From contig CAZHYG010000001.1 of assembly GCA_964536615.1 (NCBI GenBank), positions 70,200 to 134,199 on the forward strand: DNA of 64,000 nt. Direction: 5' to 3'. The position numbers and the translations under genes are program-made. This document shows, piece after piece, positions 29,516 to 40,025 of this stretch (position 1 is its first letter; the number at the start of each line of letters is the position of its first letter). The DNA is from an uncultured Gammaproteobacteria bacterium (GTDB lineage: Bacteria; Patescibacteriota; Patescibacteriia; Magasanikbacterales; GWA2-37-8). Under the pieces are notes generated by a model. The model did not search any database. It worked only from the letters and a program-made list of their open reading frames with translations, and had not been told where the DNA came from.

Positions 29516-29535
29516 TTACATGCCTAATTTACTAT

Positions 29536-32166
29536 ATGATTCCTCAAAATTTTACTAATAAATCTCAGGAAATAATTCAAAATGCCGCCCGTATCGCCTA
29601 CGAAAACGGCCAAAGCCAGATAGAACCCCCTCACCTCTTTTTTGCCTTGCTTGAGGATACTGAAGGCGTGGTGGTATCGATACTCCACAAATTTAACGCA
29701 CCTATTATAAACTTCAAAGCCGGAGCGCAGTCCCTTATAGACAAATTACAAAAACAACCCGGCGCTATGCCTGCCGGCGGCACCGGACAAATTCTACTCA
29801 GCCAAGCTATGGTTTATATTTTTCAAACCGCCGTGGCTGAAGCCAAAAAAATGGGAGATGAATATATCAGCGTAGAGCATCTGTTCTTATCTTTTTTGGT
29901 TGGCGCAAATCCGGTCAGCGACATGCTGCGCGTTCACGGTATTACCTACGATGAAACATTAAAGGTTTTAGCCAGTATTCGCGGCACGCAAAAAGTAGAC
30001 AGCCCCGAACCTGAAAGCAAATATAACGCGCTGGAAAAATACGGAAAAAATTTAACAGATCTGGCGTCTAAAGAAAAACTTGATCCCGTCATTGGCCGCG
30101 ATGATGAAATTCGCCGCGTCATGCAAATTTTAAGCCGCCGCACCAAAAATAACCCAGTGCTTATCGGCGAACCAGGCACAGGTAAAACCGCTATCGCCGA
30201 AGGATTGGCGCAACGCATTGTAAACGGCGATGTGCCAGAGTCTTTAAAAAACAAAGAAGTTATCGCCCTTGATGTCGGATCGCTTTTGGCTGGCACAAAA
30301 TTTCGCGGTGAATTTGAAGACCGTTTAAAAGCCGTGCTCAAAGATATAGACCAGTCAGCCGGAAAAATTATTTTATTCATAGACGAACTGCATACAATCG
30401 TGGGAGCCGGATCCTCTGAAGGATCTATGGATGCTTCCAACATGCTTAAACCGGCTCTAGCTCGCGGCACGTTGCATACCATTGGCGCCACCACGCTTAA
30501 AGAATACCAAAAATACATAGAAAAAGACGCTGCCCTGGAACGCAGATTCCAACCAGTAATGGTCAACGAGCCGTCACGCGAAGATGCCATTGCCATTTTG
30601 CGCGGTATTAAAGAAAAATACGAAGTACATCATGGCGTGCGTATTACCGATGGCGCAATTTTATCTGCGGTTGATTTATCACAAAGATATATTACCGACC
30701 GCTTTTTGCCGGATAAAGCCATAGACCTTATTGACGAAGCAACCTCCGCATTGCGGCTGCAAATAGATTCTATGCCCGATGAGTTGGATAAAATGAAACG
30801 GGCCATGATGAAAATGGAAATAGAAAAACGCGCGCTTAAAAAAGAAAAAGAGCCCGAAGCTCAAGAACGATTAGAAAAAATAGAAAAAGAACTGGCCGAC
30901 CTCAAAGATAAAAGCACCGAACTTGAAGCTCGCTGGAAAAATGAAAAAGAGATTATCAGCAGCATTCATGCTCATAAAAAAGAAATTGAAGAGATTCGCC
31001 AAAAAGCGGAAATCGAAGAACGCCGCGGCGACTTGCAAAAAGTTGCGGAAATTCGATATGGAAAAATTCCAACTCTGGAAACTGAAATCCGACAAGCTGA
31101 ACAAAAACTTTCAGCGATTCAAAAAGCCAACGGCATTTTAAAAGAAGAAGTTACCGAACAAGATATTGCTCGCGTGGTAGCTCGCTGGACAGGCATTCCG
31201 GTGCACAAAATGCTGATGAGCGAAGCGGAAAAACTTGTTCATATGGAAGAAGAGCTGGCTAAACGAGTGGTAGGCCAAGAAGAGGCCGTAACCGCAGTTT
31301 CCAATGCCATTCGCCGATCGCGCGCCGGCATTGCCGAACCAAACCGCCCTATCGGCTCATTTATTTTCCTCGGCCCAACCGGAGTTGGCAAAACCGAACT
31401 TGCCAAAGCTCTGGCTGAATTTTTGTTTGATACCGAAAACGCGATGATTCGCGTAGATATGAGCGAATATATGGAAAAGCACGCTGTTTCAAAAATCATC
31501 GGCTCCCCTCCCGGCTATGTTGGCTACGAAGAGGGCGGCCAAATCACCGAAATCGTGCGCCGCAAGCCATACTCTGTTATTTTGTTTGACGAAATAGAAA
31601 AAGCGCATCCTGATGTATTTAATATTTTGCTGCAAATTTTAGATGATGGACATGTAACCGACGCCAAAGGCCGAAAAGTAAACTTTAAGAATACAGTTGT
31701 TATTATGACCAGCAACATCGGCAGCAGCGTCATATTGGATTGGAATAAAAAAGGCGAATTTGGCTTTAACGGAGACAAAGCCGCGCGCAATGAAAAAACC
31801 ATGCGAGAAAAAATCATGGAAGGGTTAAAAGACCACTTTAAACCGGAATTTTTAAACCGCATTGACGATGCGATTATTTTCCACGCTTTGAAAGAAAAAG
31901 ATATTTCCGAAATCGTAACCTTGCAGCTGGAAAAAGTAGTCAAACGCTTAGTGGAACAAAAAATTATTCTTGATATAGATGCGAGTTTGGGCGCGTATCT
32001 GGCAAAAAAAGGATATGACGAAAATTATGGCGCTCGCCCGCTCAAACGAGTCATTCAAACCGACTTGCTCGACCCGCTGGCTATGAGTTTGATTGAAAAG
32101 AAATTCAAAGCAGGAGACACTATACATATCGGCGTTAGTAAAAACAAAGTTATCATGGAAAAATAA
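29536..32166 (+). CDS. clpB: ATP-dependent chaperone ClpB (Hsp100 disaggregase)
   Basis: N-domain, NBD1 ([10 protein letters not shown]), long coiled-coil M-domain, NBD2 ([15 protein letters not shown]). The track's GTG at 29509 lies inside the CIRCE; the ATG at 29536 is preferred. Confidence 0.95.
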   Translation: MIPQNFTNKSQEIIQNAARIAYENGQSQIEPPHLFFALLEDTEGVVVSILHKFNAPIINFKAGAQSLIDKLQKQPGAMPAGGTGQILLSQAMVYIFQTAVAEAKKMGDEYISVEHLFLSFLVGANPVSDMLRVHGITYDETLKVLASIRGTQKVDSPEPESKYNALEKYGKNLTDLASKEKLDPVIGRDDEIRRVMQILSRRTKNNPVLIGEPGTGKTAIAEGLAQRIVNGDVPESLKNKEVIALDVGSLLAGTKFRGEFEDRLKAVLKDIDQSAGKIILFIDELHTIVGAGSSEGSMDASNMLKPALARGTLHTIGATTLKEYQKYIEKDAALERRFQPVMVNEPSREDAIAILRGIKEKYEVHHGVRITDGAILSAVDLSQRYITDRFLPDKAIDLIDEATSALRLQIDSMPDELDKMKRAMMKMEIEKRALKKEKEPEAQERLEKIEKELADLKDKSTELEARWKNEKEIISSIHAHKKEIEEIRQKAEIEERRGDLQKVAEIRYGKIPTLETEIRQAEQKLSAIQKANGILKEEVTEQDIARVVARWTGIPVHKMLMSEAEKLVHMEEELAKRVVGQEEAVTAVSNAIRRSRAGIAEPNRPIGSFIFLGPTGVGKTELAKALAEFLFDTENAMIRVDMSEYMEKHAVSKIIGSPPGYVGYEEGGQITEIVRRKPYSVILFDEIEKAHPDVFNILLQILDDGHVTDAKGRKVNFKNTVVIMTSNIGSSVILDWNKKGEFGFNGDKAARNEKTMREKIMEGLKDHFKPEFLNRIDDAIIFHALKEKDISEIVTLQLEKVVKRLVEQKIILDIDASLGAYLAKKGYDENYGARPLKRVIQTDLLDPLAMSLIEKKFKAGDTIHIGVSKNKVIMEK

Positions 32167-32169
32167 CAC

Positions 32170-32203
32170 ATAATACCACCTGGACAAGGTGGTATTATTT
32201 TTG
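32170..32203 (+). terminator. rho-independent terminator of clpB
   Basis: aATACCACCTggacaAGGTGGTATTattttt: 10-bp GC-containing stem, 5-nt loop, T-run. Confidence 0.7.
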
Positions 32204-32204
32204 G

Positions 32205-32233
32205 TTGAGAAAAGAGGCGTCTCATGGTATAAT
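32205..32233 (+). promoter_or_regulatory. promoter (TTGAGA-17-TGgTATAAT, extended -10) for the 32263 gene
   Basis: Read directly from the sequence downstream of the clpB terminator. Confidence 0.5.
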
Positions 32234-32262
32234 TTATCTTTAAGATATCTGCCCTATTATAT

Positions 32263-34458
32263 ATGCAAAAAATTCTTATTTTACTTATTTTAACGTCTTT
32301 TTTGTTATCAACCTCCCCTGCTGCAGCCGCAGTTGATTTTAACCCTGAATTCATTATTTCCGACGAAGAAATGCAAAGCACCGCCAACTGGACTACCGCC
32401 GATATACAAAAATTTTTAGAAAATCGGGGCAGCTATCTGGCAACTTTGCGGGCTGAAGATTTAAATGGCCAGATTAAACCGGCATCAGAGATCATTTTCC
32501 AGGCTGCGCAACAATATCAGATCAACCCAAAATATTTACTTGTTACCTTACAAAAAGAACAAAGCTTAATTACCGATGACACCCCAACCCAAAAACAGCT
32601 TGATTGGGCGACCGGATATGGTGTATGCGACAGCTGCAGCCTCAACGATCCAAACGTTATCAAATTTAAAGGGTTTGGCAAACAAGTAGATAACGCAGCC
32701 GGCATTATCCGCTGGTATTACAGCAACAGCGATCGATCATTTGTAAAGAAAAAAGACCAAACTACAGTCATTGATAATCAGCCAATCGTGCCTCAGAGCT
32801 GGGCCACAGCTTTTTTATATACATATACCCCGCACTTTCATGGGAATAAAAACTTTTGGCGCATTTGGAATACATGGTTTAGCCAAATTTATCCCAACGG
32901 CAGCTTGCTCAAATCCGAAGAAACTGGCGACATTTGGTTAATTCAAGAAAAAATAAAAAAGAAATTTAAAAACCAGGCCACGTTGCTGAGCCGCGCCGAT
33001 CCAAAAATGATCATTCAAGTGCCTGAGTCAGAGCTTAGCAATTATCAAACCGGGCCAGAAATTTCTTTTCCTAATTACTCTATCTTAAAAACCCCGAGCC
33101 AAATTTATTTGCTTGATTACGATTCTTTGCGTCCTTTCGCCTCTCTTGAGGTAGTGCAAAAATTAGGCTATAACCCTGAAGAATTTATTGATATAACTGA
33201 AGCGGATATTGCCGGATACACTCTGGGCAGCACTATTACCGATTCCACCACAGCGCCTCGCGGCATCATTTACCAGATCACAGATCTTAATAACAGCTAT
33301 TATTTATTTAAAGACGGCGCCTTAACGCCAATTACGGATAAAAATATCATCGCCATCAATTATAAAGATCTTCCTGTAGAAAAACACACTCTGAAAGAAA
33401 TTAAAAATTTAGATGTCGCAAATGTTCCTGCTGGTTTCAAAGATGGCACGCTCATGCGCCTGGCCGACAGCAATAATGTCTACGTAATAGAACATAATAA
33501 GAAACGACTAATTGCGGATACTGAAACATTTGCAACATTAGGGTATAAACGAGAAAACGTGATTACCGTAAACCAAATTACTTTAAACAATATTTTGACT
33601 GGCGAACCGCTGTTTATCAACGGCAGCCTTATTTCTTCTCGCAATAAATATCTTGGTGACAGCGAAATACAAGTTGACGATCTATTTGGCAGCGCTTTGC
33701 CCGCATATTTGGTGGCAGAGTACCCAACTGGCCGCATTATCTCCGGTAAAAACATAGACAAATCCCGACCTTCAGCCACACTTACCAAATTACTGGTTGC
33801 GTTTGAGGCGCTAAACCAAGATTTTAATCTCACCAAATCTTCTGCCTACAATAATACTAAACAAAAATCTACTGGCAGAACTCTAACGCTCAAAAATGGC
33901 GCGGTTATCAAAAATACCGATCTATTATCTGCCATGCTTGTCGGCTCAACCAACAACACAGCGCGCATGATCGCGCAAAATAGCGGCGGGTCAGAAACCG
34001 AATTTGTAGAAAAAATAAAAAATAGACTGGAAAACTGGGGAGCTGATGACACGTCGGTAGTTGACGTAACCGGTTTAAACGCAAAAAATAAATCGACACC
34101 TCGAAACATGTTAAAAATTGCCACGAAAATTCTTGAAAATAAAACTATCAGAGATGCTTTGGCAAAAAACTCCTTTACTTTTAAAGAATTGTCCAGTACA
34201 GTGGGAGCGCGCAAACATACAGTTACGGCTTTTAACGTGCCGTCAGCTATCAGCAAAAATTATAAAATTTTGGCTAGTAAAACAGGTTCAACTGAAGAAG
34301 CCGGAGTGGTTACTTTCCTGCTCATTGAAGCGACTAAAACCAAAAAACAATATATTGTTATCTCTATGGGCGGAACGGATCTAAAAAATAAGGAGGTAAA
34401 TAAAATTGCTAAATGGATTGCTGAAGGAAACGTAAAAATTGCCAATACCACTAAATAA
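32263..34458 (+). CDS. secreted serine-type D-Ala-D-Ala carboxypeptidase (peptidase S11/PBP5-like C-domain) with about 450-aa N-terminal extension
   Basis: Signal peptide. C-terminal SxxK (RPSATLTKLL), SxN (GSTNN) and KTG (SKTGST) motifs. The N-domain is unassigned and carries an SLT-like LQKEQS segment. Confidence 0.7.
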   Translation: MQKILILLILTSFLLSTSPAAAAVDFNPEFIISDEEMQSTANWTTADIQKFLENRGSYLATLRAEDLNGQIKPASEIIFQAAQQYQINPKYLLVTLQKEQSLITDDTPTQKQLDWATGYGVCDSCSLNDPNVIKFKGFGKQVDNAAGIIRWYYSNSDRSFVKKKDQTTVIDNQPIVPQSWATAFLYTYTPHFHGNKNFWRIWNTWFSQIYPNGSLLKSEETGDIWLIQEKIKKKFKNQATLLSRADPKMIIQVPESELSNYQTGPEISFPNYSILKTPSQIYLLDYDSLRPFASLEVVQKLGYNPEEFIDITEADIAGYTLGSTITDSTTAPRGIIYQITDLNNSYYLFKDGALTPITDKNIIAINYKDLPVEKHTLKEIKNLDVANVPAGFKDGTLMRLADSNNVYVIEHNKKRLIADTETFATLGYKRENVITVNQITLNNILTGEPLFINGSLISSRNKYLGDSEIQVDDLFGSALPAYLVAEYPTGRIISGKNIDKSRPSATLTKLLVAFEALNQDFNLTKSSAYNNTKQKSTGRTLTLKNGAVIKNTDLLSAMLVGSTNNTARMIAQNSGGSETEFVEKIKNRLENWGADDTSVVDVTGLNAKNKSTPRNMLKIATKILENKTIRDALAKNSFTFKELSSTVGARKHTVTAFNVPSAISKNYKILASKTGSTEEAGVVTFLLIEATKTKKQYIVISMGGTDLKNKEVNKIAKWIAEGNVKIANTTK

Positions 34459-34463
34459 TATAT

Positions 34464-35255
34464 ATGTCACTCGTCTTTGCAGCCATTACCCCTCACCCGC
34501 CAATCATTATTCCGACCATTGGACAGGCAGCCATTAAAAAAATGGAAAAAACAAAGCTGGCAATGGAACAGCTGGAAAAAGATCTGTATATCACCCATCC
34601 AGATATTATAATCGTAATTTCTGCTCACGGAGGTTTTTTTAAAGACGCTTTTACCATCCATTCTCACACGGAATATCAAACCGACCTGAAAATGTTTGGC
34701 GATCTTGCCACTAAAACAAAATTTAACGGAGAAAACTTTTTGAGCGCGCGCATACGGGAAACGCTCAAACAAGAACATATCCCCGCGGCTATGGTAAGCG
34801 AACCAAACCTGGATCATGGCTCTTCTATCCCCCTTATCTATCTAACGCCTCACTTAAAAAAAATATCAGTATTACCAATAGGTTTTTGCGATCTTGATTG
34901 GAAAACACATGTGCATTTTGGATCCATATTAAAAGAAAAAATTCTTGAAACAAACAAACGAGTAGCAGTTATCGCTTCCGGCGATCTGTCCCACGCCTTG
35001 GTTACAGACGCGCCTGCCGGCTACCACCCTGCCGGAGCGGAGTTTGATAAAAAAATACAAGAACTTCTTTCAACCAATAATTTATCCGGCATGCTGCAGC
35101 TTGACGCTGAAATGGTAGCCAATGCGGCGGAATGTGGTTTTAAAACATTTTTAATTCTCATGAGCATTTTACAGGGATTTCACAACACCTACCGATCCTA
35201 CGCATACGAGGCCCCATTTGGCGTGGGGCATCTCACCGCCAACTTCCTTCTTTAA
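34464..35255 (+). CDS. LigB-family (class III extradiol dioxygenase / DODA-like) protein
   Basis: PHPPII, SAHG, LDHGSSIPL and SGDLSHAL residues are arranged as in LigB-type subunit B proteins. Confidence 0.45.
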   Translation: MSLVFAAITPHPPIIIPTIGQAAIKKMEKTKLAMEQLEKDLYITHPDIIIVISAHGGFFKDAFTIHSHTEYQTDLKMFGDLATKTKFNGENFLSARIRETLKQEHIPAAMVSEPNLDHGSSIPLIYLTPHLKKISVLPIGFCDLDWKTHVHFGSILKEKILETNKRVAVIASGDLSHALVTDAPAGYHPAGAEFDKKIQELLSTNNLSGMLQLDAEMVANAAECGFKTFLILMSILQGFHNTYRSYAYEAPFGVGHLTANFLL

Positions 35256-35276
35256 TTCAGCCATGATCGTGGGTAT

Positions 35277-37160
35277 ATGATTGCCAAAGTTATTCCCGCC
35301 AAACGAATTCCAATCTCATTGCCGGTACTTGACTATACCGTGCCGGACCATCTTAAAGACACAATCGCCGCAGGACAATTAGTGCGCGTACCATTTAGGC
35401 AGAGCGAAGAATTTGGCGTTGTGCAGGCGGTGCTTGAGCAAAATAACGAGATTGATCAAAAAAAATTAAAGCCTGTTTCAGAGATAGTTTTTAACCAGCC
35501 TGTCTTAACCAAAGCCCAGCTTGATTTTATATTTGAAATTTCTGAATTCTATCATGTTTCAGCTGGTTTTCTTTTAAAAACAAATTTACCGCCGTTGCAA
35601 AAAAGAAAGCTTAAAAATACTTCTCCCACAACTTTGTCTTCCAAACAATTATCCCCGACTCCGCATAAGCCTATCCTGTCTCTGTATCGCACCGCTGAAG
35701 AAAAACAGCGCATCTTGCAACCTCTGATACAAACCGCACCTGCTCAAACGCTTATTTTAATTCCAGAAATTACTGACGCACAAAAAATAACAGGCTTGCT
35801 GGCCCCCGAAATGAGCCAGCGCAGCATTGTGGTAAACAGCGAACTAACGCCAAAAGAATTATTTGCGGCCTGGATGCAAATTTGGCACGGTGAAAAAAAT
35901 ATTATTATCGGCACACGAGCTGCGCTGTTTTTGCCATGGCATAATTTGCAGCAGATTATACTCGATGATGAAGGAAATCCGAATTATAAAAGCTGGGATA
36001 TGGCTCCGCGGTTTCACACCAGAGATGCGGCGGTGTTTTTATCAAAACACCACGGCGCGCCAATACATTTGCTTGCGCATACTCCATCCGTTGAAACCAT
36101 GTTTTTCTCGGAGAAAAATGTATATGCAAATACCGGCGTATCCATAGAGCCAATTCGCAAACCAACTCAAATTGTAGACATGCGCGCCCAGCGCCGTTTA
36201 AAAAATTTCAGCCTGTTAAGCCATGACGCATTGGAAGAATTTAACTCTCACCCAACCGGCGATATATTTTTCTTTATCAATCGACGCGGCACCGTAGGCT
36301 ATGTAGGCTGCCAAGATTGCGGCACAGTACTGCAATGCCCGCACTGCAACATCTCTCTCACCTATCACCAAAAAAACAACACGCTCAATTGCCATTATTG
36401 CGGATGGAGCGAGCCGATGCTTTCGCAATGCAAAAAATGCGCCGGCACTAACGTCAACATGTATGGCGCGGGCACTCAATTGGCGGAAGATCTGGTGAAA
36501 AAAATCGTAAGCGCCACAGACACACGCGCCATTGTACGCATTGACAGCGACCAAGACGCGCGAGATAAACTAAACGCACCTGGAGAAAAAATTATTATCG
36601 GCACTCAAATGGCCTGGCCTCATCTGGCCTGGGAACGCATTTCGCTTTGTATATTTTTAGACGCGGATTCATCTTTATTTATTCCCGAATATAAAATTGC
36701 CGAACAAGTCTGGCAGCAATTACGCGACGCTCAATTTAACCTATCTTCAAACTCCAGCCTTGTTATCCAAACCGATCATCCGGAACATACCCTGTTTGCC
36801 CATTTATTTGACCCGCAAACTTTTTACGCGCAACAAATCGCTGAACGAAGAGCTTTAGGATACCCGCCTTTTAAATTTCTTCTAAAATTATACTATGGCT
36901 CCCCTGATCGCAACACTGTTACTGCCGAAACAGAGCGGGTTAAACAGCATCTTGACGATTTGACCAAAACCTACCCTGATATTACAATACGAGGGCCTTG
37001 GGAGGCGCTTCCTGCCTATCAGAATGGACAATATTGGAACATTCTCTTGGTAAAAATGAACTACGAAAACTACAAAAAAACTACCAAAGCTATCACGGCA
37101 CAACTGCCCGATGCGTGGAAAATAGACCCAAACCCAAATTCAATTTTATCTTTTTCTTAA
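35277..37160 (+). CDS. priA: PriA-like primosomal protein N' with degenerate ATPase motifs
   Basis: N-terminal 3'-DNA-binding domain; PriA helicase-core landmarks (LILIPEI, IIIGTRAALFLP); Cys-rich zinc-binding insert (CQDCGTVLQCPHCNISLTYH...CHYCGW...CKKCAG). No GxGKT P-loop, and DDEGN replaces DEEH. Confidence 0.7.
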   Translation: MIAKVIPAKRIPISLPVLDYTVPDHLKDTIAAGQLVRVPFRQSEEFGVVQAVLEQNNEIDQKKLKPVSEIVFNQPVLTKAQLDFIFEISEFYHVSAGFLLKTNLPPLQKRKLKNTSPTTLSSKQLSPTPHKPILSLYRTAEEKQRILQPLIQTAPAQTLILIPEITDAQKITGLLAPEMSQRSIVVNSELTPKELFAAWMQIWHGEKNIIIGTRAALFLPWHNLQQIILDDEGNPNYKSWDMAPRFHTRDAAVFLSKHHGAPIHLLAHTPSVETMFFSEKNVYANTGVSIEPIRKPTQIVDMRAQRRLKNFSLLSHDALEEFNSHPTGDIFFFINRRGTVGYVGCQDCGTVLQCPHCNISLTYHQKNNTLNCHYCGWSEPMLSQCKKCAGTNVNMYGAGTQLAEDLVKKIVSATDTRAIVRIDSDQDARDKLNAPGEKIIIGTQMAWPHLAWERISLCIFLDADSSLFIPEYKIAEQVWQQLRDAQFNLSSNSSLVIQTDHPEHTLFAHLFDPQTFYAQQIAERRALGYPPFKFLLKLYYGSPDRNTVTAETERVKQHLDDLTKTYPDITIRGPWEALPAYQNGQYWNILLVKMNYENYKKTTKAITAQLPDAWKIDPNPNSILSFS

Positions 37161-37170
37161 TCACCAACGT

Positions 37171-37665
37171 ATGATCTTACCAGTCCCTCCCGAATCCGAA
37201 AACCCATTGCTTCACAAAGTTTCTCGCGATTTAACTTTGGAAGAAATAAAATCTCCCGAAATCAAAACATTTACAAAGGATTTGATTGAAACCATGTATT
37301 ACAAAAATGGCGTTGGAATCGCGTCTGTACAGGTAGCAAACCCGATTGCGCTCTGCATTATTGCTAAAGATTTTACACCGGATAAAAAGAAAGATCTGGT
37401 GCTTATCAATCCAAAATTTGAAAAAATTGGACTATTGCGCGAATGGGACGAGGAAGGCTGTTTGTCTGTGCCGCTCATTTATGGAAAAGTTCGCCGCTAT
37501 AAAAAAATAAAAGTTACCGCGCTTAGCAGCACTGGTGAAAACTTAGAATTTATCGCTACCAATTTTTTTGCTCGTATTTGCCAGCATGAAATAGACCATC
37601 TCAACGGCGTACTCTTTATTGATAAAGCAAAAAATCTCAGAACTTTGGAAAAAGAAAGCCTCTAA
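37171..37665 (+). CDS. def: peptide deformylase
   Basis: Motifs GCLSVP and QHEIDHLNG. Confidence 0.9.
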   Translation: MILPVPPESENPLLHKVSRDLTLEEIKSPEIKTFTKDLIETMYYKNGVGIASVQVANPIALCIIAKDFTPDKKKDLVLINPKFEKIGLLREWDEEGCLSVPLIYGKVRRYKKIKVTALSSTGENLEFIATNFFARICQHEIDHLNGVLFIDKAKNLRTLEKESL

Positions 37666-37672
37666 CATTTGT

Positions 37673-38587
37673 ATGAAAACAAACATTGCTTTTTTTGGCA
37701 CGCACGAATTTGCGGCCACTATTTTAGAAGGCCTATTTTCTGACCCTTCAATTTCAGTTACAACTGTCTTCACTCAGCCCGACAGAAAAGTCGGACGCAA
37801 ACAAATCGTTGAGGAATCACCGGTGAAAAAATTGGCTTTGCGGCATGGCGCTCATATCGAGCAACCTGAATCGCTCAAACAGTACAACATCAAACCTGGC
37901 GAATACACTATGGCTGTGGTAGCTCAATACGGACTTATTATTCCACAGCATATTCTTGATGCGTTTCCAAAAGGAATGATAAACGTGCACGGCTCTCTCT
38001 TGCCGGCATATCGCGGCGCTTCCCCTATTCAGGCTGCGCTTATGGCAGGTAAAAAAACAACCGGTGTTACCATCATGATTATGGACGCGCAAGTAGATCA
38101 CGGCCCTATTTTGGCGCAAACAAGCGTGGAAGTTGATCCAAATGACACATTTACCACCTTGGCTCAAACCATGGCTGCGGCTGGGTCAAAAACACTGTTA
38201 GACACTTTGCAAAAATATTTAGCTGGCGAGATAACCCCTCAAGAACAAGATCACGCCAAAGCAACCTTTACCAAATTATTCAGCAAAGATGATGGTAACA
38301 TAGATTTCACAAAATCCGCTGAAACGATTTACGACTTGTACCGCGGCCTCACGCCATGGCCAGGCATTTGGTGTACATGGAACGAAAAACGATTAAAACT
38401 TTTACAAATCCGTCCATCCGAAAAAAACTTGCCAGCCGGCGAAGCGTGCATAGAAAATAAGCGCATATATATCGGTTGCGGACAAAACTCTATTGAGGTC
38501 TTAGAGCTGCAGTTGGAAGGAAAAAATGCCATGACTGCGGAAGTGTTTGCTAATGGCTATAAACATTTTAACGGGGCAACGCTATAA
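37673..38587 (+). CDS. fmt: methionyl-tRNA formyltransferase
   Basis: Motif IAFFGTHEFA, formyltransferase core and a C-terminal domain. The in-frame ORF begins at 37619; the ATG at 37673 is preferred. Confidence 0.9.
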   Translation: MKTNIAFFGTHEFAATILEGLFSDPSISVTTVFTQPDRKVGRKQIVEESPVKKLALRHGAHIEQPESLKQYNIKPGEYTMAVVAQYGLIIPQHILDAFPKGMINVHGSLLPAYRGASPIQAALMAGKKTTGVTIMIMDAQVDHGPILAQTSVEVDPNDTFTTLAQTMAAAGSKTLLDTLQKYLAGEITPQEQDHAKATFTKLFSKDDGNIDFTKSAETIYDLYRGLTPWPGIWCTWNEKRLKLLQIRPSEKNLPAGEACIENKRIYIGCGQNSIEVLELQLEGKNAMTAEVFANGYKHFNGATL

Positions 38588-38612
38588 AACTTTTGCATCT
38601 TATATCAGGTGT

Positions 38613-40025
38613 ATGTTTCTCAAAAAACAAATTATTGGCGGACTAATGATATATACAGTCATTCGGGTTTTTTCATATTTTTTTAGCCCCTCCACCCCGC
38701 TTTACGCCGCCAACCCCATAAACTGGATTATTTCGGCCGGCATTCTGGCAACAGCAGTATATTTTCTGCTTAAAAAAGATATTCGCGGCTGGTATATTAT
38801 TGCTGCTGAAATGATCTTGGGAGGCGCGGGGAATTTTTTAGAAATAAAAAATATTTCTTTGCGAACATTGTTGATGTTTTTTTCTCTTGGTATTTTCTTG
38901 TATCACGCTATAAAACAAAAACAATACAAACAATTATTTGCCGCGCATAAAAAAAATATTTATATACTGTTTTTCTTGCTGCTTACTGTGAGCGTTTCGG
39001 CGGTTCGCGGTTTTTATACTCATCATGCTCCTTCTCTTATTTTTGCCGACACTATCCCTTATCTTTTCTTTTTTTACTACTTCCCTCTCTCTCAACTTTT
39101 ACAATCCGAAGCATTTAAACGTACCACGCTATACATGATTTTTTCCGCTATTATTGGCAATGCATTATTTATCTACACAACGCTTATCGGCTTTTCTGCC
39201 AAGCTGTTTGTGCTGCAAGATAATTACTATCATTGGTTTCGCGATGTAGCCAGCGGCAAAATTACTGAATATGGTTTTAATTTTTATCGCATTGTTTTAA
39301 ACGAACACCTGTTGCTTATCCCGCTGCTTGTTTTTCTAATCAGTAAAATTATTGTTAACAAAAAAAATAACGAACAAATAATTGCTTTAGCCGCCACAGG
39401 TTCGTTGCTTGCAACTTTAGCAGTCAACCTGACACGCATTTATATTCTTGCTTTTGGCGTTGGATTATTGTTTTTATTTTCCAAAACAAATTGGAAACGC
39501 TGGCTCGCCATTTCCACAGCATCTGTGTTTACGTTTATACTCATTTTTACAGCCACACATTTGGCAGCCAGCCGAGGCAAAAATCTGGGCTGGGAATTTT
39601 TTGGCCTGCGCCTGCAAAGCATTGCCGCTCCGCAAACCGAAGAAAGCTCTTTAAGCCGCATGCTGCTGCTGCCAAAAATTGTTGATAAAATAAAAAATCA
39701 CCCTGTGCTGGGTAATGGTTTGGGAGATACAGTTACTGTGTATAGCCCTGTATTTAAGCAGAATATTATCACTCCCCATTTTGACTGGGGATACCTGGAA
39801 ATTTGGGCAGAAATGGGGTTGTTTGGCCTGCTTGCGTGGTTTATCTTAACTGGGCTTATCATGCGTCAAATATGGCCAAATTTAGCCTTTGGCGCACCTT
39901 TGGCAACCTTACTGGTTATCAACCTCACCTCTCCAGCCTTGTTCCATGTTATGGGCGTTTTACTCATTGCTATTTTACTTGCCAACAAACCTAGTTCAGA
40001 TCACCCATTAAACCCAGTTTATTAA
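38613..40025 (+). CDS. polytopic membrane protein, O-antigen ligase/Wzy-like family
   Basis: About 10-12 TM helices with a mid-protein periplasmic loop. The track ORF starts at 38547 inside fmt; an internal start is preferred. Confidence 0.45.
   Translation: MFLKKQIIGGLMIYTVIRVFSYFFSPSTPLYAANPINWIISAGILATAVYFLLKKDIRGWYIIAAEMILGGAGNFLEIKNISLRTLLMFFSLGIFLYHAIKQKQYKQLFAAHKKNIYILFFLLLTVSVSAVRGFYTHHAPSLIFADTIPYLFFFYYFPLSQLLQSEAFKRTTLYMIFSAIIGNALFIYTTLIGFSAKLFVLQDNYYHWFRDVASGKITEYGFNFYRIVLNEHLLLIPLLVFLISKIIVNKKNNEQIIALAATGSLLATLAVNLTRIYILAFGVGLLFLFSKTNWKRWLAISTASVFTFILIFTATHLAASRGKNLGWEFFGLRLQSIAAPQTEESSLSRMLLLPKIVDKIKNHPVLGNGLGDTVTVYSPVFKQNIITPHFDWGYLEIWAEMGLFGLLAWFILTGLIMRQIWPNLAFGAPLATLLVINLTSPALFHVMGVLLIAILLANKPSSDHPLNPVY

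Noticed and set aside
29509-29535. GTG start of clpB at 29509
   Set aside because: It lies within the CIRCE inverted repeat and directly after the -10. The ATG at 29536 gives the canonical ClpB N-terminus.
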